A stretch of DNA of 64,000 bases from Macrostomum lignano (Eukaryota), in NCBI GenBank assembly GCA_002269645.1, contig NIVC01002350.1:1-64000 (forward strand), written 5' to 3'. Position 1 is the stretch's first letter, and the number at the start of each line of letters is the position of its first letter. The position numbers and the translations under genes were made by a program. Below the pieces are notes generated by a model. The model worked only from the letters and a program-made list of their open reading frames with translations. It did no database searches and was not told the DNA's origin. This document shows positions 22,301-32,609 of the stretch, piece by piece.

Positions 22301-25300
22301 TCTCCGCCTACAATCTGCTACTGAATCTGCCATTCCGCCTACAATCTGCTACTGAATCAGTGAATCTGCCTCTCCGCCTACAATCTGCTACTGAATCTGC
22401 CTCTCCGCCTACAATCTGCTACTGAATCTGCCTCTCCACTCACAATCTGCTACTGAATCTGCCTCTCCGCTTGCAATCTGCTACTGAATCTGCCTCTCCG
22501 CCTACAATCTGCTACTGAATCTGCCTCTCCGCTTGCAATCTGCTACTGAATCTGCCTCTCCGCCTACAATCTGCTACTGAATCTGCCTCTCCGCTTGCAA
22601 TCTGCTACTGAATCTGCCTCTCCGCTTGCAATCTGCTACTGAATCTGCCTCTTCGCCTACAATCTGCTACTGAATCTGCCTCTCCGCTTGCAATCTGCTA
22701 CTGAATCTGCCTCTCCACTCACAATCTGCTACTGAATCTGCCTCTCCGCTTGCAATCTGCTACTGAATCTGCCTCTCCGCTTGCAATCTGCTACCGAATC
22801 TGCCTCTCCGCTTGCAATCTGCTACTGAATCTGCCTCTCCGCTCCCCTACTTATTACAATGAATCCTTCTTTCCGTCACACACAAGCCTAACTGCCTGAA
22901 AATGTTTTAAAAAGCATCTGGATCTGGGTCTTTCATTATTAAACATCCAATGAACTAGACCAAGTGCAAGCCGCAGACTCTTTAATAAAAAAATTTGAAC
23001 AGACAGCCACTGCTTACTGTCTAAACCGCGGGCAACGCAGATCTCATTAGATGATACCAACGTTTTGCGAAGATTGCGCTCGTTCTGCAAAATAAATAGC
23101 CGAAAGGGTAAAAGACTGTATTGAGACACTGCAATACATTTGAGCCTTGGAAAGATTGCTAAAGCTTTGCTGATAACAGCTTTATCAGATAGTCACTTCT
23201 GATCAGCTGGCGAGTGGCTGCCTGAGGCTCGCTAATAACTTAAAACTTATATAACTAAGCAAATGTATAACTTGCGCCTATAGCCTATATGACAGCAATG
23301 TATCGTTCTCTTGCGTCAGCAGGGCTTCCATTTAACTAATATTATACACTTGCGTTTGCAATAACATACATTGTGCTCCGCTACGAGTATTCACTCTCAC
23401 CCCAGTCTTATTCACTCCCACCCTCGTTTCATTCACTCTCACCTCCGTCACATTTACTCTCACCTCCCTCTCATTCACTCTCACCTCCGTCTCATTCACT
23501 CTCAGCCCTGTCTCATTCACTCTCACGTCCGTCTCATTCACTCTCATCCCCGTCTCATTCACTCTCATCCCCGTCTCCTACACTCTCAGCCCCGTCTCAT
23601 TCACTCTCATCCCCGTCTCATTCACTCTCATCCCCGTCTCCTACACTCTCAGCCCCGTCTCATTCACTCTCAGCCGTCTCATTCACTATCAGCCCCGTCT
23701 CATTCACTCTCACCTCCGTCTCATTAAGTCTCAGCCCCGTCTCATTCACTCTCACCTCCGTCTCATTCACTCTCACCTCCGTCTCATTCACTCTCATCCC
23801 CGTCTCATTCACTCTCATCCCCGTCTCATTCACTCTCATCCCCGTCTCCTACACTCTCAGCCCCGTCTCATTCACTCTCAGCCGTCTCATTCACTCTCAG
23901 CCGTCTCATTCACTCTCAGCCATGTCTCATTCACTCTCAGCCCCGTCTCATTCACTCTCAGCCGTCTCATTCACTCTCACCTTCGTCTCATTAAGTCTCA
24001 GCCCCGTCTCATTCACTCTCACCTCCGTCTCATTAAGTCTCAGCCCTGTCTCATGCACTCTCAGCCCTGTCTCATTCACTCTCACACCCGTCTCATTAAT
24101 TTTCAGCCGTCTTATTCACTCTCACCTCCGTCTTATTCACTCTCACCTCCGTCTTATTCACTCTCAGCCGTCTCATTCACTCTCACCTCCGTCTCATTAA
24201 GTCTCAGCCCCGTCTCATTCACTCTCACCTCCGTCTCATTAAGTCTCAGCCCTGTCTCATGCACTCTCACACCCGTCTCATTAATTTTCAGCCGTCTTAT
24301 TCACTCTCACCTCCGTCTTATTCACTCTCAGCCCATCTCATTCACTCACCGCCCTGTCTATTAAAAGTACAAACCTAAAAGTACACAAACTAAAGAAGAC
24401 GCGGTAACCCAATCCTGCTCAATAGAATTCATTAAATTCGATACCATGATAGGCAACAGCCCCAGCCAGATCAATGCCTAATTAGCAAGCATTATATGAA
24501 TGCAAAAAAAGATTTCCTCACCCTGGCAGTCTCAAACACGGACAGAGACAGGGACAGCAGAGAGATGACCACAATGCAAGACGCGTACATTTCGTATTCA
24601 TCGTTAAACCATAGGATAACGCTGAACAATTGAAACAGATAAAACGGATGCAAGGCCTGCAATTTGTTTAAGGATGATTATCGCTTAAAAATCGCTTATA
24701 TCCCCGAAAAGTTGGCAAAAACCAAGCAACTGGTGCTAACCTTGACGGCGAACAGTTTAGGTATGGGGGTGAGCGGGATATTGACTCGATTCTCGCCGAA
24801 TCTGACCCGGTGCCTGGCCGCGTCCGACTCCGTGAGGCCGGCCGTGTGGTGGAAGAACGAGCAGGGCGTGTCCACGAATACTCTGCGGGAGGGGGGGTCA
24901 AGGGGTCATGCAATGTGAGGAGTGGACCTGAGCTGCTAGGTAGGCGTCCGAGGCGTCTGTAGGTTAGGCGGTGCAGCAACTGAGGATCTGGGAGGCTGGA
25001 TCAGCAACTGGGGATCTGGGAGGCTGGCTTAGCAACTGAGGATCTGGGAGGCTAGATCAGCAACTGAGGATCTGGAAGGCTGGTCCAGCAACTGAGGATC
25101 TGGGAGGCTGGCTTAGCAACTGAGGATCTGGGAGGCTGGCCCAGCAACTGAGGATCTGGGAAGCTGGCCCAGCAACTGGGGATCTGGGAGGCTGGCCCAG
25201 CAACTGAGGATCTGGAAGTTGGCCCAGCAACTGAGGATCTGAAAGAGTGGCACAGCAACTGAGGATCTGAAAGAGTGGCACAGCAACTGAGGATCTGAAA

Positions 25301-28300
25301 GAGTGGCACAGCAACTGAGGATCTGAAAGAGTGGCACAGCAACTGAGGATCTGGAACGCTGGCCTAGCAACTGAGGATCTGGGAGGCTGGCCTAGCAACT
25401 GAGGATCTGGAACGCTGGCCCAGCAACTAAGGATCTGGGAGGCTACCAGTAACCCAGAAACTGAGGATCTGGAGGGCGCCAATAGAAAGTACAACTCACT
25501 CAATCTTAACGAACAGCTGCTGGTCAGAGTTCCACACGTATTTGAGCTTCTTATGAAAGAAGTAACGCGTCAGCGAGTCCTCCTGAGTAGGCAAATTCAT
25601 CAGATCATCAGAGTTACTAGATGTAGACAGATAAGAATTAATTTTGTTTATCATTGCTAATTTTGTTATGACATTGTAAGAGCTACAAAGTCTGGGATAT
25701 GTACGGCTAGCTGCATCGATGAATTCTATAAAGCAAGAAACTCAGAAGACGCCAGACATCTTACACTGAACGGGTCCAGCAGGGGGGTGGCACTGCCGGT
25801 AGTTTCGTCGGTGGCGTGCTCATCGGGCAGGCACTGGTTGAGGCCGGCCCGACTGCGCCTCAAAAGGCGGACCCTGCAGTGAGGCCGATTTTTAATTGGT
25901 GTTCAGCTTCACTAATTTACTGAGATTATAAGAGGAAGAGGAGAGGAGAGGAGAGAGGATAGGGGAAGAAGGGAGAGGAGAGGATAGGGGAGGAGAGGAG
26001 AGGGGGAAAGGAGAGGAGAGGAGAGGAGAGGAGAGGAGAGGAGAGGAGAGGAGAGGAGAGGAGAGGAGAGGAGAGGAGAGGAGAGGAGAGGAGAAGAGAG
26101 GAGAGGAGAGAGGATAGGGGAGGAGAGGAGAGGAGAGGAGAGGAGAGGAGAGGAGAGGGGAGGAGAGGAGAGGAGAGGAGAGGAGAGGAGAAGAGAGGAG
26201 AGGAGAGAGGATAGGGGAGGAGAGGAGAGGGGGAAAGGAGAGGAGAGGAGAGGAGAGGAGAGGAGAGGAGAGGAGAGGAGAGGAGAGGAGAGGAGAAGAG
26301 AGGAGAGGAGAGAGGAGAGGGGAAGAAGGGAGAGGAGAGGGGAGGAGAGGAGAGGGGAGGAGAGGAGAGAGAAGAAAGAAGAGGAGAGAGGAGAGGGGAA
26401 GGAGAAGGGAGAGGAGAGAAGGGGGGCTTTTTTGGCTATTTTGGTTATAGTGGAATTGAATCTATATTTTTGATACTAATTTACTACGCAATCATAACTA
26501 TATTTATTACTAAAAAAACAAAATGCATTTGATAACAAATAGTAGCACCGGTACTTGGTGCTTTCTCCAGCTGTGATTAAACACATACACAATCTATTCA
26601 GTACAAGCTTACACACATAGGGGCGCAAGCCTTCACTAAGCGTGAGAATTGAACAGCTAGAAAAAATTGAGTCAGTCAGCTCCTGAGTTTTTATGGATAC
26701 AATAATGGGAATTGAGCCAGATTTTAAACTGCCCGAGAATAGCCTAAATCTATTTTGCATGCATACAATCAAGGAGAATTTAAAAAAGACTCGTGCTGAA
26801 GCGGTGGCAATGTGTACTTGATTGCAGGGTGACAGAAGCCAGTTATAACTGGTATGAATTGTCACAGTAATGCTAGGATCTAGTATGATCCTTTGTAGAA
26901 AATTTAAATCAGATTAATCGTACACTAAATTAATTAAAGGCCTTACCTTGCTCCGCTCTTTGTCATCATTTGAACATCGTGAACAAAGAGCTGGCCATAC
27001 TGGTCCTAAAATGTTGGGGAAAAAGTTAAATAATTCGTCAGAGGAATCCCAGTCAGTGAAATCCCATCCAGAGGAATCCCAATCAGGGAAATCCGACCCA
27101 GAGGAATCCCAATCAGGGAAATCCCACCCAGAGGAATCCCAATCAGGGAAATCCGACCCAGAGGAATCCCAATCAGGGAAATCCCACCCAGAGGAATCCC
27201 AATCAGGGAAATCCGACCCAGAGGAATCCCAATCAGGGAAATCCCACCCAGAGGAATCCCAATCAGGGAAATCCCACCCAGAGGAATCCCAATCAGGGAA
27301 ATCCCACCCAGAGGAATCCCAATCAGGGAAATCCCACCCAGAGGAATCCCAGTCAGTGAAATCCCACCCAGAGGAATCCCAATCAGGGAAATCCCATCCA
27401 GAGGAATCCCAATCAGGGAAATCCCACCCAGAGGAATCCCAATCAGGGAAATCCCACCCAGAGGAATCCCAATCAGTGAAATCCCACCCAGAGGAATCCC
27501 AATCAGGGAAATCCCATCCAGAGGAATCCCAATCAGGGAAATCCCACCCAGAGGAATCCCAATCAGGGAAATCCCATCCAGAGGAATCCCAATCAGGGAA
27601 ATCCCACCCAGAGGAATCCCAATCAGGGAAATCCCATCCAGAGGAATCCCAATCAGGGAAATCCCACCCAGAGGAATCCCAATCAGGGAAATCCCACCCA
27701 GAGGAATCCCAATCAGTGAAATCCCATCCAGAGGAATCCCAATCAGGGAAATCCCAACCAGAGGAATCCCAATCAGTGAAATCCCACCCAGAGGAATCCC
27801 AATCAGGGAAATCCCATCCAGAGGAATCCCAATTAGTGAAATCCCATCCAGATGAATCTCAATCAGTGAAATCCTATCCAGATGAATCCCAATCAGTGAA
27901 ATCCCAACCAGAGGAATCTCAATCAGGGAAATCCCAACCAGAGGAATCCCAATCAGTGAAATCCCAACCAGAGGAATCTCAATCAGGGAAATCCCAACCA
28001 GAGGAATCCCAATCAGTGAAATCCCACCCAGAGGAATCCCAATCAGGGAAATCCCATCCAGAGGAATCCCAATCAGTGAAATCCCTTCCAGAGGAATCCC
28101 AGTCAGTCAAAAAGGAACCAATATTAAGCTAAATGAACAGAAGATTAAGATTTGATATACCAAAGACAAGGTTTATTTAGATTTTCATTATTATATTATA
28201 ATTAAGATCAATAGGGGTTAGAAAACAAAAAATAGATATTTAAAATACTCGCCTTGACAACAACTTTATCGGCCAGATCGAGGCTGCACCTGTCGTGAGT

Positions 28301-29498
28301 GCATCGTACGTGCAGCTCGGGCAGCCAGTGGAACAACAGGCGCAGCAGGAACGCACTAGTAACATAGCCAATATAGACCAATACAATTTTTGCTGGGCTT
28401 CGACGGTAGCCCAAAATTCTCTGCATTATAAAGCGGTTATTAGAAAACAGTTAATAACCAAAAAAAGAAATTTTGTTTCTGCTACATGAGTAAATATTAA
28501 GAAATGATGTTTAATAAATAGGCAAAGAAATTCTTGGCATTGGTAACTGAACAGAGAATTTGTGCAGTCACTAGTGTAATGATGGATCTAGATTGGAGGT
28601 CAATTGACCCCGCTTCAGCCAGTCACTAGTGTCAGATCTAGATTGGAGGTCAACTGACCCCCTTGAGCCAGTCACTACTGACATGATCTAGATTGGAGGT
28701 CAACTGACCCCCCTTGGGCCAGTCACTACTGACATGATCTAGATTGGAAGTCAACTGACCCCGCTTCAGCCAGTCACTAGTGTCAGATCTAGATTGGAGG
28801 TCAACTGACCCCTTGAGCCAGTCACTACTGACATGATCTAGATTGGAGGTCAACTGACCCCTTGAGCCAGTCACTACTGACATGATCTAGATTGGAGGTC
28901 AACTGACCCCTTGAGCCAGTCACTACTGACATGATCTAGATTGGAGGTCAACTGACCCCTTGAGCCAGTCACTACTGACATGATCTAGATTGGAGGTCAA
29001 CTGACCCCCTTGGGCCAGTCACTACTGACATGATCTAGATTGGAAGTCAACTGACCCCCCTTGAGCCAGTCAATACTGACATTATCTAGATTGGAAGTCA
29101 ACTGACCCCCCTTGAGCCAGTCACTAATGATGGATCTAGATTGGAGGTCAACAGACCCCCCTTGAGCCAGTCACTAGTGACCAGAGCTAGATCCAAAGGA
29201 AGCTTCAAAAAGGTCAAGGGGTCAGCTATCCCCCCTCATAACCAAGGAAAAATTCCGGATTTGCAACTCCACCTGGCACATTGTGATAGGGTTTACAAGT
29301 CAATAATTCACTAGAGAGCTTGACACCAACTTTTGGCTTATTTTGTATCTATGAATCTAGCTATAAAAAAAACTTAAATACTTATGCCACACTTACAGAT
29401 TCATCGTCCTGGCCCTGGTTGAGTATCTCGGCCAGTTCAATGTCCTCCGCGTCATGGCGGATGCTGCCTACGCCATTCTCCACTTTTTTTAGTGTCAT
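10990..29498 (-). CDS. ATP13A3: P5B-type ATPase, ATP13A2-5 family (ATP13A3-like polyamine transporter), 15 coding exons, ~1254 aa
   Basis: Exons 29498-29397, 28420-28253, 27005-26947, 25873-25765, 25582-25500, 24882-24741, 24656-24522, 23084-23018, 20083-19377, 18955-18446, 17643-17395, 14022-13759, 13355-12728, 11793-11705, 11442-10990; total 3765 nt, all phases consistent. Motifs [17 protein letters not shown] (P5B), DKTGTLT, KGSPE, TGDN, GDGAND, C-terminal WPP. Assignment to a specific paralog is not resolvable here. Confidence 0.95.
11509..11670 (-). repeat. Short dispersed repeat in the last ATP13A intron; inverted partner of 10759-10880, with an extra ~38 nt
   Basis: Direct reverse-complement alignment. 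Confidence 0.85.
11705..11793 (-). CDS. ATP13A3: ATP13A exon 14 (TM helix)
   Basis: CCCGCAG|GC ... GAG|GTGAAT; [30 protein letters not shown]. Confidence 0.9.
11843..12240. repeat. 23-bp minisatellite (GGATGGATATTGGGGCGAATTCG)n
   Basis: Visible tandem array in an ATP13A intron. Confidence 0.95.
12245..12668. repeat. 22-bp minisatellite (AAGTGGATATAGGGGCGGATTT)n
   Basis: Visible tandem array, contiguous with and related to the 23-bp array. Confidence 0.95.
12728..13355 (-). CDS. ATP13A3: ATP13A exon 13 (GDGAND hinge, TM helices)
   Basis: CCCCAG|GTG ... AAC C|GTGAGT; [19 protein letters not shown]. Confidence 0.95.
13399..13680. repeat. ~23-bp minisatellite (ATGGTAGATTTGGGGGCGGATTT)n
   Basis: Tandem array in an ATP13A intron. 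Confidence 0.9.
13759..14022 (-). CDS. ATP13A3: ATP13A exon 12
   Basis: CTCCAG|GCG ... CAG|GTTAGA; [19 protein letters not shown]. Confidence 0.95.
14140..14520. repeat. ~22-bp degenerate minisatellite (CATGGAATGTACACTCCTGACA)n
   Basis: Tandem array. Confidence 0.85.
15093..17290. repeat. ~49-bp minisatellite (GGCGCTAAATTGGCGCTAGAACCTTACCTACGGCGCCACCCTCATCTTA)n, ending in a 20-bp variant array
   Basis: ~2.2-kb tandem array in the intron between ATP13A exons 11 and 12. Confidence 0.95.
17395..17643 (-). CDS. ATP13A3: ATP13A exon 11
   Basis: AATCCAG|GTG ... CAG|GTTTGC; [11 protein letters not shown]...[18 protein letters not shown]. Confidence 0.95.
17695..18426. repeat. Minisatellite with core ACTTCCGGTTAAATCCTTAA, evolving into a 92-bp dimeric higher-order unit
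   Basis: About 17-18 cores; 92-bp period between 18011 and 18103. Confidence 0.9.
18446..18955 (-). CDS. ATP13A3: ATP13A exon 10 (N domain)
   Basis: GCCGCAG|AGC ... AAG|GTAGGC; [40 protein letters not shown]. Confidence 0.95.
19150..19365. repeat. Degenerate (GACA)n microsatellite
   Basis: Visible. Confidence 0.85.
19377..20083 (-). CDS. ATP13A3: ATP13A exon 9 (A domain TGES, PPALP, DKTGT phosphorylation site)
   Basis: CCCGCAG|AC ... CAG|GTGAGG; [34 protein letters not shown]. Confidence 0.97.
20107..22845. repeat. 31-bp minisatellite (CTACAATCTGCTACTGAATCTGCCTCTCCGC)n, ~2.7 kb
   Basis: Period 31 (20107 to 20138). Confidence 0.97.
23018..23084 (-). CDS. ATP13A3: ATP13A exon 8
   Basis: TTGCAG|AAC ... 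GAC A|GTAAGC; [22 protein letters not shown]; bridges phase 0 to phase 1. Confidence 0.9.
23388..24350. repeat. ~21-bp degenerate minisatellite (CGTCTCATTCACTCTCAGCCC)n
   Basis: Tandem array. Confidence 0.9.
24522..24656 (-). CDS. ATP13A3: ATP13A exon 7 (TM1-2 region)
   Basis: TTGCAG|GCC ... AGG|GTGAGG; [21 protein letters not shown]. Confidence 0.95.
24741..24882 (-). CDS. ATP13A3: ATP13A exon 6
   Basis: CCCGCAG|A ... AAG|GTTAGC; [22 protein letters not shown]. Confidence 0.93.
24975..25475. repeat. 28-bp minisatellite (GCAACTGAGGATCTGGGAGGCTGGCCCA)n
   Basis: Tandem array; shares the GGATCTGGGAGG core with 60915-61140. Confidence 0.9.
25500..25582 (-). CDS. ATP13A3: ATP13A exon 5
   Basis: TACTCAG|GAG ... 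GA|GTGAGT; [14 protein letters not shown]. Confidence 0.92.
25765..25873 (-). CDS. ATP13A3: ATP13A exon 4 (low-conservation linker)
   Basis: CTGCAG|G ... AGT|GTAAGA; open only in the phase that fits both neighbours. Confidence 0.8.
25940..26420. repeat. (GAGAG)n purine-rich microsatellite
   Basis: Visible. Confidence 0.95.
26947..27005 (-). CDS. ATP13A3: ATP13A exon 3
   Basis: ATTTTAG|GAC ... AG|GTAAGG; [12 protein letters not shown]. Confidence 0.88.
27040..28105. repeat. 30-bp minisatellite (CCAGAGGAATCCCAATCAGGGAAATCCCAC)n
   Basis: Tandem array filling the GC-AG intron; source of the ([10 protein letters not shown])n ORF. Confidence 0.97.
28253..28420 (-). CDS. ATP13A3: ATP13A exon 2, followed by a GC donor
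   Basis: AATGCAG|AGA ... AAG|GCGAGT; RILGYRRS...[14 protein letters not shown]. Confidence 0.92.
28575..29190. repeat. ~47-50-bp minisatellite (GATCTAGATTGGAGGTCAACTGACCCCTTGAGCCAGTCACTACTGACAT)n
   Basis: Tandem array; resembles the MITE-like end at 36531-36590. Confidence 0.9.
29397..29498 (-). CDS. ATP13A3: ATP13A first coding exon (ATG at 29498)
   Basis: MTLKK...[11 protein letters not shown]|GTAAGT; in-frame TAA 22 nt upstream of the ATG; strong acceptor CCCCACAG| before 29534. Confidence 0.75.
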
Positions 29499-32316
29499 AT
29501 CGGCAGCATAACAGGTTACTTAGGGCATTATTACCTGTGGGGAATGTTGAAAGTATAAAGAAAGTTTAACTTTTTTGATTTTGGAATCTAGCAATTTATA
29601 GCAGCAACAAAGCTTAAAGAATATAACCATAGCATCTTAGAGACCTACAAAGTTTGATCTCTATTCTTTGCATGCAAATGTTTTTATATTAAGAAAAGAC
29701 AAATACCACCTAATCTCTACCCCTAAATGTTGCCTAATACTGCTAAATATCTCTTAAACTGTTAAAGAAGAGCTTTGCTAGAAACCCTTATAAAACCCTT
29801 GTCTTTTAAATATTGTCTATTATTTAGAAGTAAAAAACTTGGTTTATAATTAAAAAAAGTAAGTCTAATTGATTATTTTAATATTTATAAGTACTATTTT
29901 TACATTTTGTAAAGAAAAAATGACAAAATTTGGAATACTTTTAAGATTAAACCACTTTATTCTTATAATAATTCTTATAATTTATATTAGCATAGAGCCA
30001 AAAACTAAGACTTTCATTCTGTTACATGCCTGCTATGATCCTGACTATGGTATAGCAAATTGGTTTTATTTGAAAAATTGTATGGCATTAATGCTAAAAG
30101 TAGTCTATTTATATAAATATTTTAATAATAATACTAATAGGGATGAATCCAAGAAAAGAGGGCCATGACCTTACCTCAGTTATAGACAAAAATATTGCAT
30201 TATACTTTCTTGTTTTGTAATTATGCAAGGTCTATTTTCCAATAATATTATTAGATTGTAGTGTTTGGTATAGCTTGTTGGCTCTTGTTATTTGCATGGT
30301 ACTGTATAAATAATACGAGCCAATAAAAAATGTTAAGCTATATAATAAATCACATCTAAACTCTATCTATTGACTTTAGTAAATTAAAAAAACTCATTAT
30401 GAAAATAAAAGATACAGGGGCAAATATTCCATAGTCTAGATCATGGCAGGCATACACTAAAATGAAAGAATGTTTTTTCAATTTTACACTGATGTAAAAT
30501 TAAAAAAATTTTACGCCAAGCCTAAAATTGTTTATATACTACTTTTTGAAGGAATATATATATTTTTAAGAATTTAAAAGTTTCACTCAACTTTAAAATG
30601 GCTATTTTTGCTAAAAACTAAAACTCTTTATTTTAATTTTGTTTTTCTTGTGATTGCATTAATATTTTTCTATTTTGGTTTCCAATTATTTTTAAAGAGT
30701 TTTCTGATGTTGGTTGATAATACACCATTTTACCCTCGATTTTGAACAAGGAGAACTTCAAAACTGACAAACTCATCTTCAATATTGACACTCTATGGTC
30801 AGGCATTCAAAATCTACAATCAATATTGACAGATCAAGCTTCATTTTTGACAAACTCTGGTTCAATTTTGACAATGCACATTTAATCAACTTCTCCTAGG
30901 AGAATTTGGTAACAAAGTAATCCAATGAAAGCCTGAATGGGGCTGAAGTGAGCTATGCAAAATCAGCTTATTTTGACTTTGCTTTTTGGATCTACAAGTA
31001 TTAATAAAATTTATTTTTCTCTATCCTTTACACACAGACTAAAATAGCCTGACTAGTTGGGCTATAAAGTCTGATTCTATTTTGACAGAGTTGCTTCAAA
31101 ACTGACACTCTATGGTTTGTATACCCAAAAATTCCACTTCATTTTTGACAACTCCGAATCAATATTGAACAGTTAACAATCAATTTTGACTAAGACATTT
31201 TTTGAAATAGATTTTAACAATTTTTACTAAGATTTCTCTCTTGAGGGGGGGGGTACTTGCTACTTGGGAGAAGGGGTACTGGCTGCATATATCTACAAGT
31301 ACATGTATGGGAATATTTCTATTCAATAAGATAACTATTTATAAGGTATTTTTCAGGTAGGCCTACTATGTAAATAACATGGGAAATATTTATATGGTGA
31401 TATGCAAAAAACTGCCTAGCTTGCCCCCTCCCCCTAAAAAAATTTCTAGATCTGCCGCTAATAAATATTGTATACAACTTATTTTTTATATAACTAACTT
31501 TAACATTATTAACATTATTAACATAATTAACATTAACTTTATGAAAAAATACCATAAAAAATTGTATCTTCAATTGAAATTTAAATACTTATTAGAACCA
31601 AAATACTCTAGTCTATTCTATGCTGTTTATCAGAAAAAGACAAAATTGACTAAGACATACTTGACTTTGTAAAAATTACATGATCCATAACTATATCTTC
31701 TCTCATAACACACAGAGCTACAAATGATTGTTTTAAATTAAATAACAAGAATTTAAGCCATATAAAGCAGTTTCACTTTTTAGGTCTACCTATTTTACTA
31801 AATTAATAGTACCCTACACTGACTGCAATTATTTGTTTGTGCCACAAATGTCTGCTGTTGTTGTTAATGCAGATTTTTTTGCCTTATAACATTTCAATGT
31901 ATTAAAAAACATAGAACCAACCATTTGGTTTAAAATATTGATTTTGTAAACTTACAGCGAAAAATATTGGCGGTAAATATTAAACGACTGAATCATAATG
32001 GTGTTCGCTGGAAAAAATCGATGATGAGTCACGCGAGGAATTTTAACTGCTGCACTTCGCAGTTTAAATCCTAAGGTGTGTGCAAGAAAACACGATTTAA
32101 CGAGCCCTTTACATTGCTCATACAGAGTAAATAACATGTATACTTTAGTATTTTTACTGTTTTTATTTGCTTGCGAGTCTTTTTATCAGCATTTATGATA
32201 AAAATTCATACTGCTTTGTTAAAATAGTGAAAAATACTTAGAAAGTTTATGAACACCGTTCAAATTCAAGACTAAAGCTTGTTCAGCTGGAGCAGCTATG
32301 TGAAATATACACTCTT

Positions 32317-32609
32317 CAGTGGCGTAGCCGCCGGGGGGCCGCAGCCCCTCCCCCCAATCGCCTGGGGGGGTGGGTTGGGCGCGGCGGGTACCTGCAAAAA
32401 CAATGAGGTAATTGAGTGCCTGTGGCGCTAAATGAGTGCCTGCGGCGCCAAAAGTGCCTGCGGCGCCAAAATGAGTGTCTGAGGCGCCAAAATGAGTGTC
32501 TGAGGCGCCAAAATGAGTGCCTGTGGCGCCAAAAGTGGCAATGGCATAAGGCATGGTGCCAGCCAGGCCAACTCGGCCCCCCCAATTGAAATTCCTGGCT
32601 ACGCCACTG
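32317..32609. mobile_element. 293-bp hAT-superfamily MITE
   Basis: Perfect 13-bp TIR CAGTGGCGTAGCC; 8-bp TSD ACACTCTT at 32309-32316 and 32610-32617; internal ~21-bp repeats GGCGCCAAAATGAGTGTCTGA. Confidence 0.92.

Noticed and set aside
15093-22845. CRISPR-like regular repeats
   Set aside because: Units are head-to-tail with no unique spacers, there are no cas genes, and the context is eukaryotic introns
26948-28132. 394-aa ORF ([10 protein letters not shown])n as a repetitive structural protein
   Set aside because: Produced by a 30-bp (3n) stop-free minisatellite. It starts at TTG, is antisense inside an ATP13A intron and overlaps exon 3
28575-29190. Tandem nuclear-receptor response elements (AGGTCA-N2-TGACCC)
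   Set aside because: Better explained as the MITE-derived GGTCAGCTGACC palindrome; the spacing does not match the classical IR0, IR1 or IR3 elements
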